In this document: piece by piece, positions 25,349 through 40,003 of the stretch
Position numbering within the stretch: position 1 is the first letter of the stretch
Layout of the letters: every line of letters begins with the position of its first letter
Assembly: GCA_027604505.1 (NCBI GenBank)
Contig: JADIIX010000115.1
Span: 1-64,000, forward strand
From: Gonapodya sp. JEL0774
Lineage: Eukaryota
DNA: 64,000 nucleotides
Direction: 5' to 3'
Notes under the pieces: model-generated
Database searches by the model: none
The model's input: only the letters and a program-made list of their open reading frames with translations
What the model was told of the DNA's origin: nothing
Program-made: the position numbers and the translations under genes

Positions 25349-28300
25349 CTATTTACCCCGGAAGAAGAACAGTCCCTTACTCGATTTTCCGCTTGTTGAT
25401 TGGGCGGACGAGTCCGGCTTATGGACCTGTTTCGGTGTAACCACAACCTGCTCTTGGAGGGCGCTCCGCTCGCTCCGTGCAGCGGCGAGTGTATCCTGCA
25501 TTCCAGAAAGTTCTCTCGCCAGTCTATCACGTTCCTTGGCCACTTCGTTCAATTCCTTTCGGAGCTGATGGGGTCGGGGAACGGTCATTATGTGGCAACT
25601 GACGATCGTGTTCACACAACTCACTTTGACCGATTCTGCCTCAGTGACACCATTCCCGGCTGCGCTTTTGGGTTTATAGCTCTGTTGTGAGGCAATTTAA
25701 GCAAACAATAAAAGGGGAGAGACACAGAGAGCGAGACAGAGACAGAGAGGGAACGACAAATAAAACAAAATTTTACGTTAATTAGAATTTTTTGCAATCC
25801 GCAAACACCCGTCAGAAGGGCGAACCTGGATAGAGGATTTGAGAGCTGCGAATCCTTCCGACGACATGGTGTCAAACGGCTGTAAAGTCGGGGACTGTTT
25901 GGCAATCGCGTGGTTTAAAAACAATACACCGTCCACGGAAGAGTTACCATGTAAGTTTGAGACTCCATCTCGGACAGCTGTCCCTTGACTTTTTCAATGA
26001 ACTGCTCGTGAGCCTTGGCCTGCTCTTTCCAGTGTGTAATCCCCTGATTTGCTTCATGAAGTTGTTTGGTGAGATCCCGGGTTGCCATCTCGTGCTGACG
26101 TAGATGCTCCTGACATTTGTGGCCATTGAAATTGGCAATTGAAGATCGAGAGCAAGTTCATCGAACTACACCAAATGACTAAGTAGAAAGAGGAATCTCA
26201 CCTTCATTTGTCCCCTCACTTCTGCTACCTCCTTCTGAGACTGAGCAAGCTCGCGCTGCGTCCGGGCAACATCCTCCTCAATCCTCTTCACATGCTGTCT
26301 GTTCGTTTCCAGTGTCTTGGTAGCCTTGTCCTGTGCAACCTGGGATGGAAAACGAAATGCTCAGGAGACATTCACTACATGAACATTTCCACCACACTGG
26401 GAACCCGGAGCAGGTTGTGAAACCGATCCAAGACTCGAGTCCCCAGATTGACTGATTCCACTCACCTTTGCACTGTCTCCCAGTTGAACAATCTGCGCTT
26501 CTAGCGAACGGACGGTTTCCTCAAGCGTTGCCTTCTCTTTGGTGAGCTGTGCAACTTCCCTCACGGAATCGAGATGCAACTGCTCCTTATTCTCGAAAAG
26601 GCTGCGTTGCGTAAGGACCGCCGTCTATTAAGAGACAGCAAGATTGTTATTAAACGCTTGGGTTGTTTGTAATAGCCCCATTCAAACCTCGGAGACTAAA
26701 CCACTGAGCATTTAAACTCACCTCGTGATTATCCTGTAAGTGTTTCATTTGTGTCTGCAGCGTTGTGACTTGCTCCAGCAATTTCTTCTTCTCTTTTTGC
26801 TCAGTCTCGAGGGCGAGATTCAAGTTGATGCGAGCCTTCGTCCATTCCTCGGTTTGAAGCCTTGACTTTTCCTAAAATGCCAAATTACAAATTTGGTCAG
26901 ATCAAAGCACGCCTTAGAAGTGGGATAACTAATGGCACCTGCCCGCCGTACCTCAAACTCTCCCCTCAACCGAGCAATCTCGCCTTTAAGCCCATTGTTC
27001 ACCTCATTGAGCCGCGCCACTGTCTTCGCCATCTCAGTGGATTCAGTCACAGTCCGAGTGTGGTCAGTCGAAGTCTTTTCGAGTCGCTCAGTCGCAGCCT
27101 GGGCAAGAGAGAATCAGATTGATAATCGGGGAACGGAACGAAATCACTTCGGAGAAATGACTCAATTAAACCTACCCTTGCGTTAGCTTCTGTGTCAGCC
27201 AAATCCCTCTCAAGCGCCGCTACTTTACTCTCCAAGGCACGGGCCTCGCGCTTCGCCCCACTAAGTTCGGTGCGGAAATTCTCGGTGGCCGTAGCGAAAT
27301 CGCGCTTGATTTGCTGCTCGAGTGATAACGGGGCGAAAAAACAGTTGAAGAAATCAACGGGGTCAAACAAGTGTCGAACAGAAATGATGTCAAACAAGAA
27401 CCCTCCACCGACACCGAAGCGTTTTCTTATCGACCATGGACCCACGGTCAATCAAATCAAAATGAAGACTCTTGACTCACCAACAGTTCCTCAGCCAGCT
27501 TATCTCCCCTTGCGAGCAACCCTTGGTTATCGATAGACAACTCATTAATTCGATCCCGAAGCTTGCCATGTTCAGACTGGTGCTCTGCGATGACTGTAGC
27601 GTGTGACTCAGCCGTGGTGCGGTGACGGTCGTGTGTGTCCTGATGGAAATGAGGAAAAATTGCCGGAGAACTTTAAATGGTGGGGATAACGAAAAAAAGT
27701 ATTTATTCTCAGACGCTTCCAAAATCGACAAACCTGAAGCTCTCTAGACATTCTTTCCATGTCTGTAGTGTGCTCCTCAACACGGCGCTTGAGCAACTGG
27801 TTTGTCGCAGCTTGATTCTCGAGTTGAAGCTGGACTGCCCGAAGAGCGGCAAGGTGTTCAGCTTTTTCTTTGCGGAGGACGTCCGAATGACCCTAAAACA
27901 AGCATTGATTGGTTTGTGATCGAGGATGAATGCCTCGGAACGGGGGCACAGCTTGATAAATATTAGTACCTGGGTCTCCGTTGTCAATCTTGCAACTTCC
28001 GCCTTCAACTTCTCGTTCTCCTTCTCAATTGCTTCTTGTCGCTGCCCGCTCAAATTTCTCGACATTCTCGCGCCCTCCTCGCTCGCTTCACTCTCGCTCT
28101 TTAGACGAGCTACCTGAGAGCGTGTCTCCTCCAGAGCCAGCGAGAGATCCCGATTGCCTTCACGCAGTGCATGCACGTCAGACAGGGTCGCTTGAAGTTG
28201 CTCGTGGGCATCGGAGAGAAGATGGGTGTGTTGGGCGAGGGATAGGGAAGTACGCTGGATAGTGCGGCAAGGGACACTGTTATTGATTGTTCGTGAAAGC

Positions 28301-29696
28301 AAACGCACATCGCTCGAACGTACCTCCACCTGTTGCTCAAAATGTCTCTTCTCCTCTGTCCACCTCTCAGCATCCTCCTTCGCCTTCAAGAGCTCAGATT
28401 CCGCCTGGTGCAATCGAGCTCGGGCGGACTCGAGGTCACTGTCACGCGTACGCAAAATGTGAGTGATGTCCTTTGATGAGAAAGTACAGTAAGAAAGGTC
28501 AATCAGATCGTGTATCGGAGGAACGGAATGTTAGGTAAATATACCTCATTGATCCGCTTTTGCTTTTCTGCTTCGCCGGCAGCAAGAGTTGCCCTCTCCC
28601 TCTGTCTTTCCAGTTCGCTCTTCGCAGCAACGAGTTCACTTCCTTGCTTTGCCAGACTCCCTCGCAGTTCCTCGAGTGCCTTTTGCACTTCACGTTCTCT
28701 CTCAGCCTCCCTATCCCTCAAGGTTGCAAGAGTGCTTTCGAGCGATCCAGCGTGACGTTTAAGGTGGCCTGACTCAGAGCGGAGAGAGTGCAGTTCAGAC
28801 TGCGCCGTTCGAAGGTCGCGAGAGTGCTGTTCTTGGGTAGACTATGAAGGTGAAGATAAACGAGGGAAGAGTTAGAGTGAATCCTTTGGTCCGTGGTCCT
28901 CGAGTAAGAATCTTCCCGAACATCAAAGTCAACAAAATAATCCATAGTTCCCCAAAAGGCTGGAGTGACGAGGGTAGACGAGTAAACATTGCTCCATTTC
29001 TCTCGACATTCATGAGCCATATTTGAGAACCTATGTCCTCAGCGGCATCCTCACTATTCCTTTCAAACTTACCTTCAAAATTGATTCTGTTCTCTCTAGT
29101 TGTGCTCTCAACTGGGCTATCTCGGTCTCCATCCTGTGGGGACTCGGTTTAAAGTCACCCAAACTCGCCACCCTGTTCAATCCCGACAAAGTGCCCGGAA
29201 GACTGCCAGATCCAACAGAGGCTGTGCCAGTCATGGAACGCGGCATTGTGGGATTGCCGCCGGCAAGCCACGAGGGGGAAGAGGACAAGTAGGGAGAGGG
29301 GCGAGGAAGGAGGTCGCCATACAGGGAGTCCGCATCTGAGTCTGGGGGAAGGGCGGATGCAGAGCGGGCGCGATTTGGAAAAGAAGAAACAGGAGGCAGG
29401 TCAGGAATAGCAACGGGTGCGGAGGGTGGAGCAAGGGTCGATGCCACCGGAGTTAATGAGAGTTGGGTCGGAGAAGGCGTCGAATTAGGTGCAATAGTGG
29501 CAGGAGTTACGCTAGGAGAAGTAGTGGTGGCTTCAAGAGCCTCTGACGAGACATGACCAACGGGCTCGACATTGTCGGTGATGGATGGGGGAACAGTGGC
29601 GGGCTCTGCGGCAGGAGCAGGTGCAGAGGCAGTTTCGGGGTCGGGGGTGGCTGGAGCAATGGGAGCTGCTTCTTCCTTGACAGCTTCTGAGGACAT
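25349..29696 (-). CDS. Long coiled-coil protein, paralog B (tandem duplicate of paralog A)
   Basis: Shares blocks with paralog A: ETEIAQLRAQLERTESILK, NEVNNGLKGEIARLRGEFE and DSVREVAQLTKEKATLEE. Ends SKGLFFFRGK*. The start codon is uncertain. Confidence 0.8.
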
Positions 29697-31195
29697 TTCT
29701 TGAGGAACAGGCTGAAGATTCGGTGAGTTTGAACAAATATCAAGATTACACCTATCGCAATGGGCTTTTGAACGACTCTGCGACGCGTCGACGAGCCGAC
29801 CACACACTGTCCAGCTCAAGTCTGCCTTCACCTGCTTTTCACTTGACATCTATCCTTCCATCTTTCTCAGCTCCACCCTTCCCAACCTTCTCCCCATCCC
29901 ATGGTAATTCTCCTTCACCTGCAACTACGAGCCGAGCTGGCAAAACACTCACCTGTGCGATCCCAGTAATACTCCGTCCTTTGGTTGCTCACCCTTCCGT
30001 TTTCTGTGTTCCGTTCCAGTTAGGGAATCGCTGGACTGGCGGATCCGTTCGAGTGGCGCATGCTGCGGGCACCGAGGGACGCCGCACCTTTCCACACACA
30101 CACATATGTAAAAGACAAAATATACATCGCGCTCACGAGCGCGATTAAACGGAATGTGGCATTGGGATTTCGATCAGAGACTCATCTAGGACAAATGAAA
30201 TGCACCCTCATGGAAAAGAGGTAGATGTGGTTTGAGAAGGCCGTTTTATAGCTCTCACAATACCTGGGATGATCATAAAGCAATGCATTATTAGATTTAT
30301 CGTTCAAGAGGCGTCCATGTGTTTGTTTCCGTGCTGTGAGCATGCTGTGGTCAAGTATACTGTCTGTTGTACTTTTTCATGGGGTGGGAAAGGTTGTCCG
30401 CATGTTCCGGGGATACATATACACACAGAAATCACTCCCCCGAGATTCTCGCCGTACCGACAGTGCAAACATGCTAAGTAGGCGATATTCTATTCTCATG
30501 TGAGTGAATCTTCAGGCTCTGTGAAGAGAGCTCAGTAGGTCGGAAAAACTGTGCATAGTAACAGGCTGCAAATGGAACAACTGTCCTCGGAGTCAGAGTC
30601 CAACAAACGCTATATATGTATATTTGTCATCATGTTACATACAAGAAGAAACAACGATGATAGCATACAGGGACCGAGCAATTCAACGATTGCGATGCCA
30701 GTCAAGGTCATGCAAAACCAGGCGAGGAGCCAACAAGTGGAGATTCTCGGATCTATGAAAGTAATTTTCAATGCTGTGTGTCGTGTTGAGTGTTGCGCGA
30801 AAATTTTGGGCAGCGACCAAACATATTGTACCGACAAAGCACGGGCGCCCAGGCAGCCAGTACGCGTTTGGGTCCACCGAATCTGTCGAGATTCGAACCT
30901 TGCCGGACGCATTCGCTCCCATCTCTTTCGCGATCTCCTCCAGCTCCTCAGTTCCGTCTTATGTGTGCAAGTGCGGAGATCCCATCAACACCTCCAACAC
31001 CACCCCAATCGGGGTCGACGGAACGCACAGCCGGTGAAGCAACGGTGGGTTGAAACGCAAATCCCGGGCTGGAGCCGTGTTTAGGCTAAGCTCAAGCTTG
31101 AGGAGAGACAGAAGAGTTTGACAACGCCACTTGGTTATTGAACCCTGCAGGACGCGTTTCCACCGTGCTCGGACAAGCAACTTCCAATCAGTAGC

Positions 31196-33874
31196 ATGGG
31201 GCAACTGGCAACGAACCAAATCGGCAGCCCGCGTGATGGGGATGGGCCTGACCAGTTACTGGGAGACACAGAGAAGAGGCGGACACTCGCGAGAACAACG
31301 ACGCAGGATTCTGGCCATATCTCGAGCGATCATAGTCAATCTCCGTTTGAAAGAGAACGCCAGCATGTTGGTCATGCCCGTCACCACTCCGCGGCCTACC
31401 CATCTTCAGAGTTCACATTCATTGCGCCACACCCTCACAAACCCACTCATGCCCACCACTCATCCATCGGGCGCTCACCAGTTTCTCCCGTTTACGACAG
31501 ATCCCTTGCATCTCCGTTTGCTGGCAATGCCATTTACTCTGGTCTCCCAACTTCGTCCCCATCACCCGCCGCGGATCGCGTACAGTCGCCACCAGTCGGA
31601 CCCAGCCGCTCTCTAGACCGAGCACATCATCATCATCCCTCGGCGATGACGCTCCCTCCCGAGCTTTTGGGCACCCGACAATCCTCCCTTCCTGTCTTTG
31701 GTCAGGCCGACCTCACGGGGGTAAAATTAGTTCGGAGACACTCTGAAATGATGCACCACGTCGCGCAGAAAGGCTCATCAAATCGAGTAGACCTAGATGG
31801 CCCATATGATGGCATTTTGGTGTCTGGCGGTGCAGACTCAAACCATTACGTGGCCGGAATGGATGGCGAAGTTGAGCAAATGCACGGGAGCATCCTCCAG
31901 AGTGAATTCTTGGCTTCTCCGGATGGCAGCTATCCCCCTTTCGAACTTCCTATCGTTCCGCCATCCTCGACGGGAGAACAGCGAAACCCAGACGAGTACC
32001 AACGCTTCCGTAGTGTCATCAATGGTAACAACCCTGTTTCCCCACAAGGCCAGATTGATCCAAACTCGCGGGTTAATGTCGGCTATAGTAACCAGCATGC
32101 TTCTCCATATGGTGCCTATCCTACTCAAGGACCGCGTATCGTGCCATCAACCGCTACATCTCACGACTTCGCGCACCAGCAAATGCTCCTCATCCAGCGC
32201 CAGCAACGTCAACAGCAACAACTGCGGCTTCTTCATATTGAACAGCAGCGGCAGCTGCAGCATACCCTCGCATCTGCCCGGGGAATGCCAGGATCCCCTC
32301 AAGACCAAGGATACGCACATCAAGGGATGGACGTTGGCCAGGGTGATGGCTATGAGTGGGATGTTGGAAAGTCCTCTGGTACGAGAGAAGGGCAGAGGGA
32401 TGTATATGGGGGACCTCAATCGCCCGTCGCTCGGGACGGATTCTCACCACCTCTACAGGAGAATGGATCCTTTGGGTGGAATGGAGGGTACGGTGCGGGT
32501 CCGAGGGCCGCTGCGTCCGCTGAGGGGCGGCAGTCACCCGAGAATACGTGTTTATTCGTAGCAAAGTGAGTCTAACAGTCCTTTTAAAGTACTTTCGATG
32601 GTGGACCTCATCCTGCCGCTCCCAGTGTTCGCTCGACTTTTGGTGACGAAACACTTCGCCGCACCATGCGTCGCGTCTTTGAACGATGGGGCCGTGTTGT
32701 CAAAGTCGACGTCGTCCGTGCCAAGGGTACTGGAATGCCTTGCTGCTTCGTCACTTTCGAGCGCGCCGAAGATGCAGCCGTAGCGTTCCATGATGCGCCG
32801 GGAACCGTGGTTGATGGTAGACCCATCAGAGTAGAACGGGCGAGGTCAAAGCAAGGGGAAGCCGCCGCAGGTGTGTGAGGAGCGGTATTTGTTGTGAGAA
32901 AGTCTAAGATCGACCACTGAGATTCAGGTTTGCTTTATCCAGCTGCAGCTGCGGCGGCAGCTGCTGCGCTTGGCATATCTACGAGTTCCCTCACGCGGAT
33001 GGGCAGCTGGCCAGGCCATGGGAATCCTGGGGGCGGGGGAGGTGTTGTCGCTCGATACCCTGCCAGTGAGCTCACGGCACTTCGAACTGCGCAGATACAG
33101 CAACGATTGATGGCCCAAACAGTGCGGTCACCCGAGGGTGAACACAGCTTTACTTTTGAGAATATGGCTGACGAATTGGCGCAGATGGGCTATGGCAGTG
33201 GCCAGAATGGTGTTTCGGCTCTTAGGGCCACTGACGTCCGCAGACGATCCGACCAGACGATTCAAACCATGATGCAGCAGCATATCATGCATCCTCAGAG
33301 CGGATCGGGCGGGGTCGCATACACTTCCCAACCTCATTACGCCCCCCCGATCACTCCGCCTCTCTCTTCACCCACAGGATCTACTTCTCTCGAGGGGAAT
33401 CCGTTCGACTCGTACATTCGCCCTGGATCAGTCCCATCCGTAAATCAGCACTCGCCATTCCGGCCCCCACCTAGTGCCGCTATGTCTCCAAACAAGTCAC
33501 AGACAGGGGGCCCTGCAGCTGCAGTGGGCAGGTTGTCTCCGCGGAGGTCGATGGACAGTCAAGGCAATGATGCATGGAGAACTGTTGGTTCCGCGATTGG
33601 AAGTGGCATGAGTGCACTTCCACCTCCAGGTACGGTACAGGCGCCGATATCAACGACGCACGCGCCGCTGGCCATGTCGGCAGCGTTTGCAGGTTGGGAA
33701 GGGGAAATCGGCCGAGGTGGCGTTGGCCCAGTTTCCACAGGGGGTTTCGATCCAACGGCTTTTGGAAGGCCTACAGCATCGGCCGCGCCTCGTGGCTTCG
33801 GGACGCCCCAGCACTTATCTTCGTATGGTCTTTGGACTGCCCCGGAAAGCATGGTGGATTCCGGACTGACATAG
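31196..33874 (+). CDS. RRM-domain RNA-binding protein with low-complexity Q/S/P/G-rich flanks
   Basis: RNP2-like TCLFVA, then LRRVFERWGRVVKV, RNP1-like PCCFVTF and GTVVDGRPIRVERAR. The long flanking ORFs 31196-32569 and 32930-33874 are joined by two introns. Confidence 0.85.
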
Positions 33875-34212
33875 TGAACTAGTGGTACTCTATTTGTTTT
33901 GCACCCCGCACCCCTAAGCACGCACATCAAGCATACGCAAGTCCCTTTACCGACCTGTACTTTGCACGTAATCGCGAATTGTTGACGAGATTGGTGGGAT
34001 CGGGTACGAGCCAGCGTAAATTATGCAGGGCTCGTTACAAGTTGCGCTGTACTTGCACAAAATGGATATTACGTATTTTTGCTCCCTAGTCAAACTCGGT
34101 GTCCGTGTTTGCTGATCTCCACGGAGCGTTTTTAAATGGTCAAATTCTTTGCTTGTGCCCCGATGCATGGGGGCAGATGGTCTGATCACTATTGTGTGGA
34201 ACATAACAGCGA

Positions 34213-37200
34213 TTACACGCTAATTTGATTGTCTATTCGTTGCAATACTGATCCTCCGGCCTTTGATAGTGGAATGGTGGGCTGTTTTGGTGAGGCCCTT
34301 GAACTGCCAGGCGGGCCGAACCCTGTTCGAGAATAATTTTCCGATAAATCTTTTCTGTCTAAAAGCGAACGCCAGGAAAACTCAAACTCACCACCACCTC
34401 CAGGTGTCTCAATCCGGAGTCTGTCTCCGGAATTCACACTGATGGTGTTCTTCCCTGACAGGTACACCCGCCTCACGCTCCCATTGCTCTCTTTCTTGAT
34501 GAGCACGTTCCTGCCTCTTGCGCCACTTTCACCACCAGCTAGCCCGTAGGGTGCGACCACTCGACGCTCCGAGAGGATTGACACTTGAACGGGCTCAAGG
34601 AACTCCAGTTCACGCACGCAGCCGTCTCCGCCAGAATAAGCGCCTAAACCCCCACTGTGGGGTCGAAGCCCAAACTCATGAACAAGAACGGGATACTATA
34701 ACATGGAATAGTACGCAGTATGATTGTGTTAACTCAAAATGTTGAGTAGGCGAATTGCACATTTTTGGGTTCCAGTTGTCCAACTCACGCGCCTCTCGAG
34801 AATCTCTGCGTCTGTTATCCTAGTGTTAGTCATGTGTGTGTGAACACCACTCTTCCCATCCCAACTCGGCCCAGCACCAGCCCCGCCACAGATTGTCTCG
34901 TAATAGCCATAAGAATTTCCCTTCCCAACCACCTTTTCTTCTGTGCCGAATGTAAGATTGTTCATGCATCTGAGCAAAACGACATGAGTCGGGCGCACTC
35001 ATCATGGTCGCGGATACCAACAATGAACCATACTCACCCTTGACTTGCGGCACATGCTCCAAAGGCCTTCAGGATAACATCAACAAGACGCTGACTCGTG
35101 AGCACGTTCCCACCGACCACAGCAGCGGTTTCACTTGGATCCAAAATTGACCCCTCGGGAATTACAAATTGGATTGGTGCGAGACAACCTGGGACTCAAA
35201 TTTAATCTCGGTCGGGGAGGCCCAAAAGAAGATTTGATTACCTTGATTGAGGGGAATGTCTTTCGCCACTAGGGATCGCAAACAATAAATTGTTGCGGAG
35301 TACGTTATTGCTCTGGGAGCTGAATCCCGTGCAGTTAAACCTTGAGCACGAAGTGTCTGTGCGAACTTGACACACGTACCATTTGTGTTACCCTGTGAGA
35401 AAACCCCGAAAACATGTGAAGGATGAAATGATTTGGCTAACGAGACATTGACAAATGTCCCCACTCACATAAACTTCCGGCCCTGTTCCGGTAAAATCAA
35501 ATATCGCAGACCGGGACTCCGGATCAATTTTCACCGTCAACTTGATCGGCGAACCATCGTCCCTTTAGCCATTCGCCACAACTCAGAAAATTGGAACGTC
35601 AGAGAATACAAATTGAACTCACATGAAGTCTTCTGCCTCTAAGAGAGTTCGGTTTCCATGTCGTTCGTACATTTCCATAAGCAAGTCCCGTACAGCAAGC
35701 TCGGCATTCTCTCGAATGTATGTCATATAGGATTGCACAACATCAAGGCCGTATTCTGCAATCAAAGTCTTGACAAGAATTATCCCTCGTTGATTGGCAG
35801 CAATTTGAGCTTTATAATAATCATTGAACAATTTGTGCTCAAGTCAACGTGACCACAAGATCTACCCACCTTTTAAATCAGAAAGATTGTCCTTGAGTGT
35901 ACGCGTCCCAGAACAACCGGGAAACTTGGCGGGCTCCTCTGCGAGGAGCCTCACAATACCCTCTTCCTGGAATACACCATTCTCCACCAGTTTGAAGCTT
36001 CGAATAGCGGCACCTTCCTGGTAAAGCTCCTTTGAGAATGGCGGAAGCGATCCTGGTGAATTTGGAAACATTGAGCCTCACAGCCGCAACTTCCTGCATT
36101 TAAATGTACACACCAGGCTGTAAACCACCAATATCCGCATGATGTCCTCGACTTGCCGTGAAAAACACTATCTTATCCTCACTGAAAACAGGAGTAATAA
36201 CGGTGATATCAGGGAGATGCGATCCTCCTGCCATAGGATGGTTTGACACAAGAACATCCCCTTCCACCAGCCTACCACTCCAGTAGTTGAGCTGGAATTT
36301 GACAGCCTCCTGCATCGAGCCAAGGTGTACAGGAATGTGTGGGCTGAAATTAAGTATTCAATATTTTGTAGTCTCGAAGCTGACAAAGTTTGGCGAACGA
36401 GAAGGGTACTCACGCGTTCGACACCAAGCCCCCATCCGGTCCAAATAGCGCGCAAGAAAAATCAAGTCGCTCTTTAATGTTAGTAGATACGCTGGTACGT
36501 TGCAAGGTGTGGCCCATCTGCTCAGCGATAGACATAAACTAACGACGGATGTGAGTTATTCATTCTTTGAGATCCACACGTTATGATCTCAGCAGTTTCA
36601 CTCACGCGATGAGAGAAAATTGATAGTTGTATGGGATCCAAGGTAGTATCCAACTTATTCTTCCTTTGTTCCCCAACCTCGATCACCACAGTATCTCGGG
36701 TGACAATCGCCCGGCACTCCTCCTCAACTATGATCACCGAGTTGGGTTCAACAACTATAGCCGGTCCCTGTACCACATCTCCCGAGGAGAGCTTGCTAAG
36801 CTCAAAAACAGGGGTCTTAACGCGCCCTAGAGTCTCCCAGTAGACGCTTGAGGTAGTGGAAGGATTCGTGACCACTCGAAGCTTCAGCTGCGCCAAAGTG
36901 TGGTACACAGAATCGAGACGGGAAAAGGGGGAGTGACCGATCCCTCGAACGCGAATATCATCAACTATAATGGGCCGGCTAAGAACGAATCCGAATTCTG
37001 TGCGATACTACAAAACACGGAGCATTAAATAGGGATTCTCGCAATCTTTTTAACTTATTATGAGGTTTTTCTGCTCACCTGAGTCACAAAAGCCTCGTCA
37101 AACGCCCACCCATTCTTGGGTTTCAGCGTCATAAGTGCCGTATCCGTTCCCTGATATCGCAAATTTAGAAATATTTGAGTTTCCACTGTCTCTTTTGCAA

Positions 37201-39833
37201 ATCCTTCCTCAGCCAGCTTGGAGAAACATCGCATCGCCAGCTGTTCCGCGCGTTCACGAATTTGGGGGAGCGTTTCTTTACTGAGTGCAGTCTGAGCCGG
37301 TTCTTGCACCTCGTGCACAACGTCAGCAAGTGAAAGACCACTGATTGACACAACGCAATGTGAGTTTGGGAGTTACGGCCGGCAGCTTACGTGATCCTTA
37401 CTACGCAGACAAAATAGACGCATATTTGTGTATCAAAATGCGCTTGATGCCAAGAGACTTCGCAATCGCGCAAGCGTGTTGAGCGCCCTTCCCGAGTGGT
37501 GAAAGAGTTGCTGGTCAACCAAAAATGGCTCCCAACTTTCTTTCTCTACTCACCGCTCCCCCAAAACAAGCTAAAACGTGTGTGCTTGTATCGTGACCCC
37601 TTGCTTGCGTCAAAGCCCTAATCGGTCTGCACATCGCTTCATTCGCCACCTTTACAAAACCATACGCGACCTCTTCCGATGACATTTCCCTCAACCCGTT
37701 CCCACGCTGAAAAGAATTTATCTCTAGCGTAAGCTCCTCAAATAGTGCCGCACTTGCGAGGCTATCAAGTGGTTGGTCCTCTGTTTTCCCGAAAATATGC
37801 GGGAAATACTGGGGCAGAAGACGTCCAAGGTGTAGGTTCGCATCAGTGATGGCAAGAGGACCACCTTTCCGGTAGCAAGCGGGACCTGGGTGTGCGGAGG
37901 CAGATTCGGGACTTTAGTTCAGCCGTGTGGTTTGTGGCCGAGGTTTGTGCGTATGATAGGAATCAGCGGAGAGTACTGGGTTGCAGTGAATCAATCTGAG
38001 TACATACCCAACTACGAACAAACCACTCCTGAAGAACAACCTGCTTCCTCCCCCTGCCGCCACTGTGTTGATGTCGAGCTGGGGTGCTTGAATGGTCACC
38101 CCTTCGTGATTGACCAGAAACGTAAGATTGGGAAACGAGGATGTGAACCATTCCAAGTTTAACCCATTGAACGTTTGCAATATTACTCGACATTGGGACT
38201 GACCAGCCGTCGTGGTCTCAAACACGTGCTCGTATCTTCCAGCGTACCGTGAGACGTCAGTGGAGGTACCTCCCACTGTAAAAGATGAAAGTGGTTGAAC
38301 AGAGGAAAGTATCAGATTATGGAAACAATAATGTCCAGTTCACACCGTGTTTCGACCACCTCTTCACTCACTATCAAACCCGATGACCGGGCTTCCTTCG
38401 ACCTCATCAAAGCTCGTCATTGCATAGCCCTGACGACAAATTAGATCAGAAATAAGTCAAGACGGTTGCAGGAGGCAAACGGCTGTCCAGGCCCCGGGGG
38501 GACTACCGTTTGACGCATGTCCCCCTGCAGGAGGATAGTTGACAACTGAAATGCTCACCACTACTCCACCAGCTGGCCCTGAGAGAATACCTCTCAATCC
38601 TCCAAAAGACCTTACTGGTACCAGCCCTCCATCACTTTGCATAAACTCCACTCGTGGCCCCGCACCTGCGGATGAAATGCCGGTATCGAACCCCGCCGAA
38701 AAGGTCGAAATGTAGCGAAGGATGGGAGGAGTAAGGTAAGAATCAACGGTGGAAGAGGTTGCGCGGGGAACAATCTTCAACGAAGAATCTTCAGGTGGAA
38801 ATCGATGAACAACCACTGAACGAACTCACTTTGATCATTGGCATGACATTAGAGCTGATGGAGATATTCTCGAACCCAACTTCACGGCAGACGTCGGCGA
38901 CTTGCTGCTCGTGGTCTGGGAAGGCGTACGAGTGCATGAGGGCCACCGCTACACTCTTAATACCAGCTTTTCTGACTTCTGCTAGGTCCGTGCGCAAGGA
39001 CGTCAGATCTGGAGTCTTGAGTACCCGAACCAACTCTCCGGTAATACCGCGATGAAGCGCCGGATCAGCTGATTCTGCGGCCGCGGCTTCTTTTTGTGCT
39101 CCAAGTGGTGAGCAAGTGTATCCCACCAATGTGACTCGCTCGTCGACCTCTACGACACGCTCGTAGAGAACATCGGGTGTGCGAACCTGAAGATCAAAAA
39201 TGGCCGGGCGACTTTGATTGCCGATCCGGAGCAGGTCTTTGAACCCCCGTGTGATAAGGAGAGCGCAAGGTTCGCCGCGTCGTTCGAGGAGCGCATTTGT
39301 GGCTACAGTAGTGCCCATTCGTACCAGTGATAAATTATGTGAGGGAATTGGAACGCCGCGGGGAATGTTGGTACCGGTTGCAATTGAGAGGATCCGCCTG
39401 ATTGCTTCAGTGGGAGCACTTTCCAACCGAAAGAAATTGCTTGAGACCATAACTGGCGCCGAATACCCCGAAATCTCTCACTCTGGATACGCGGGGTCTA
39501 CCGAGAGCACCTTGAGCACAATATGCCGGAATCCCGATGGCTCATTATCATCTGGAATAAACCCGACTGCACATTGAGAAATGGGGAAGGATTGAGAACC
39601 AGTACCGTGCATTACGTGGAAAACCCCAATATCATCGCACGATGGGTACAGTAATGTTTCGTTTTCGTCGATTAGGTGATGGCAAAGAGGGATGATGTGA
39701 TGGGAGGTGGTTGTACGGTTTGCATTCGTATATCTGTGAATTCAAACTCACTGGCGTCCGTGAAAGTTCCCCCACGGTCGATGCAGACACGAATACCGCC
39801 AGGCAGCTGTAGGGATTGGGTTGATGTTACCAT
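34213..39833 (-). CDS. OXP1: 5-oxoprolinase (ATP-hydrolysing, fused hydantoinase A/B)
   Basis: [103 protein letters not shown] and IETPGGGG. Confidence 0.97.
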
Positions 39834-40003
39834 CAGTGCTGCAGTCGATGAATCGGAGCGGATGTTTGAAAGCTGACGGTGTGCCTCCCGCCTTGCGGGT
39901 GACCGCGCATCCTCCCGCAATTTCGGTGCCAAACCTTCACATATGTTAGCTTTGTTTCCTAGTTGTGCATGGATGGCATATTATTGTGACTGAAGATGAC
40001 ATT

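Noticed and set aside
25711..25752. GA/CA-rich simple repeat
   Set aside because: Ordinary low-complexity tract inside an intron of coiled-coil paralog B.
30551..31084. 177-aa ORF upstream of the RRM gene
   Set aside because: No domain similarity or coherent exon structure. It is more likely promoter or 5' UTR sequence.
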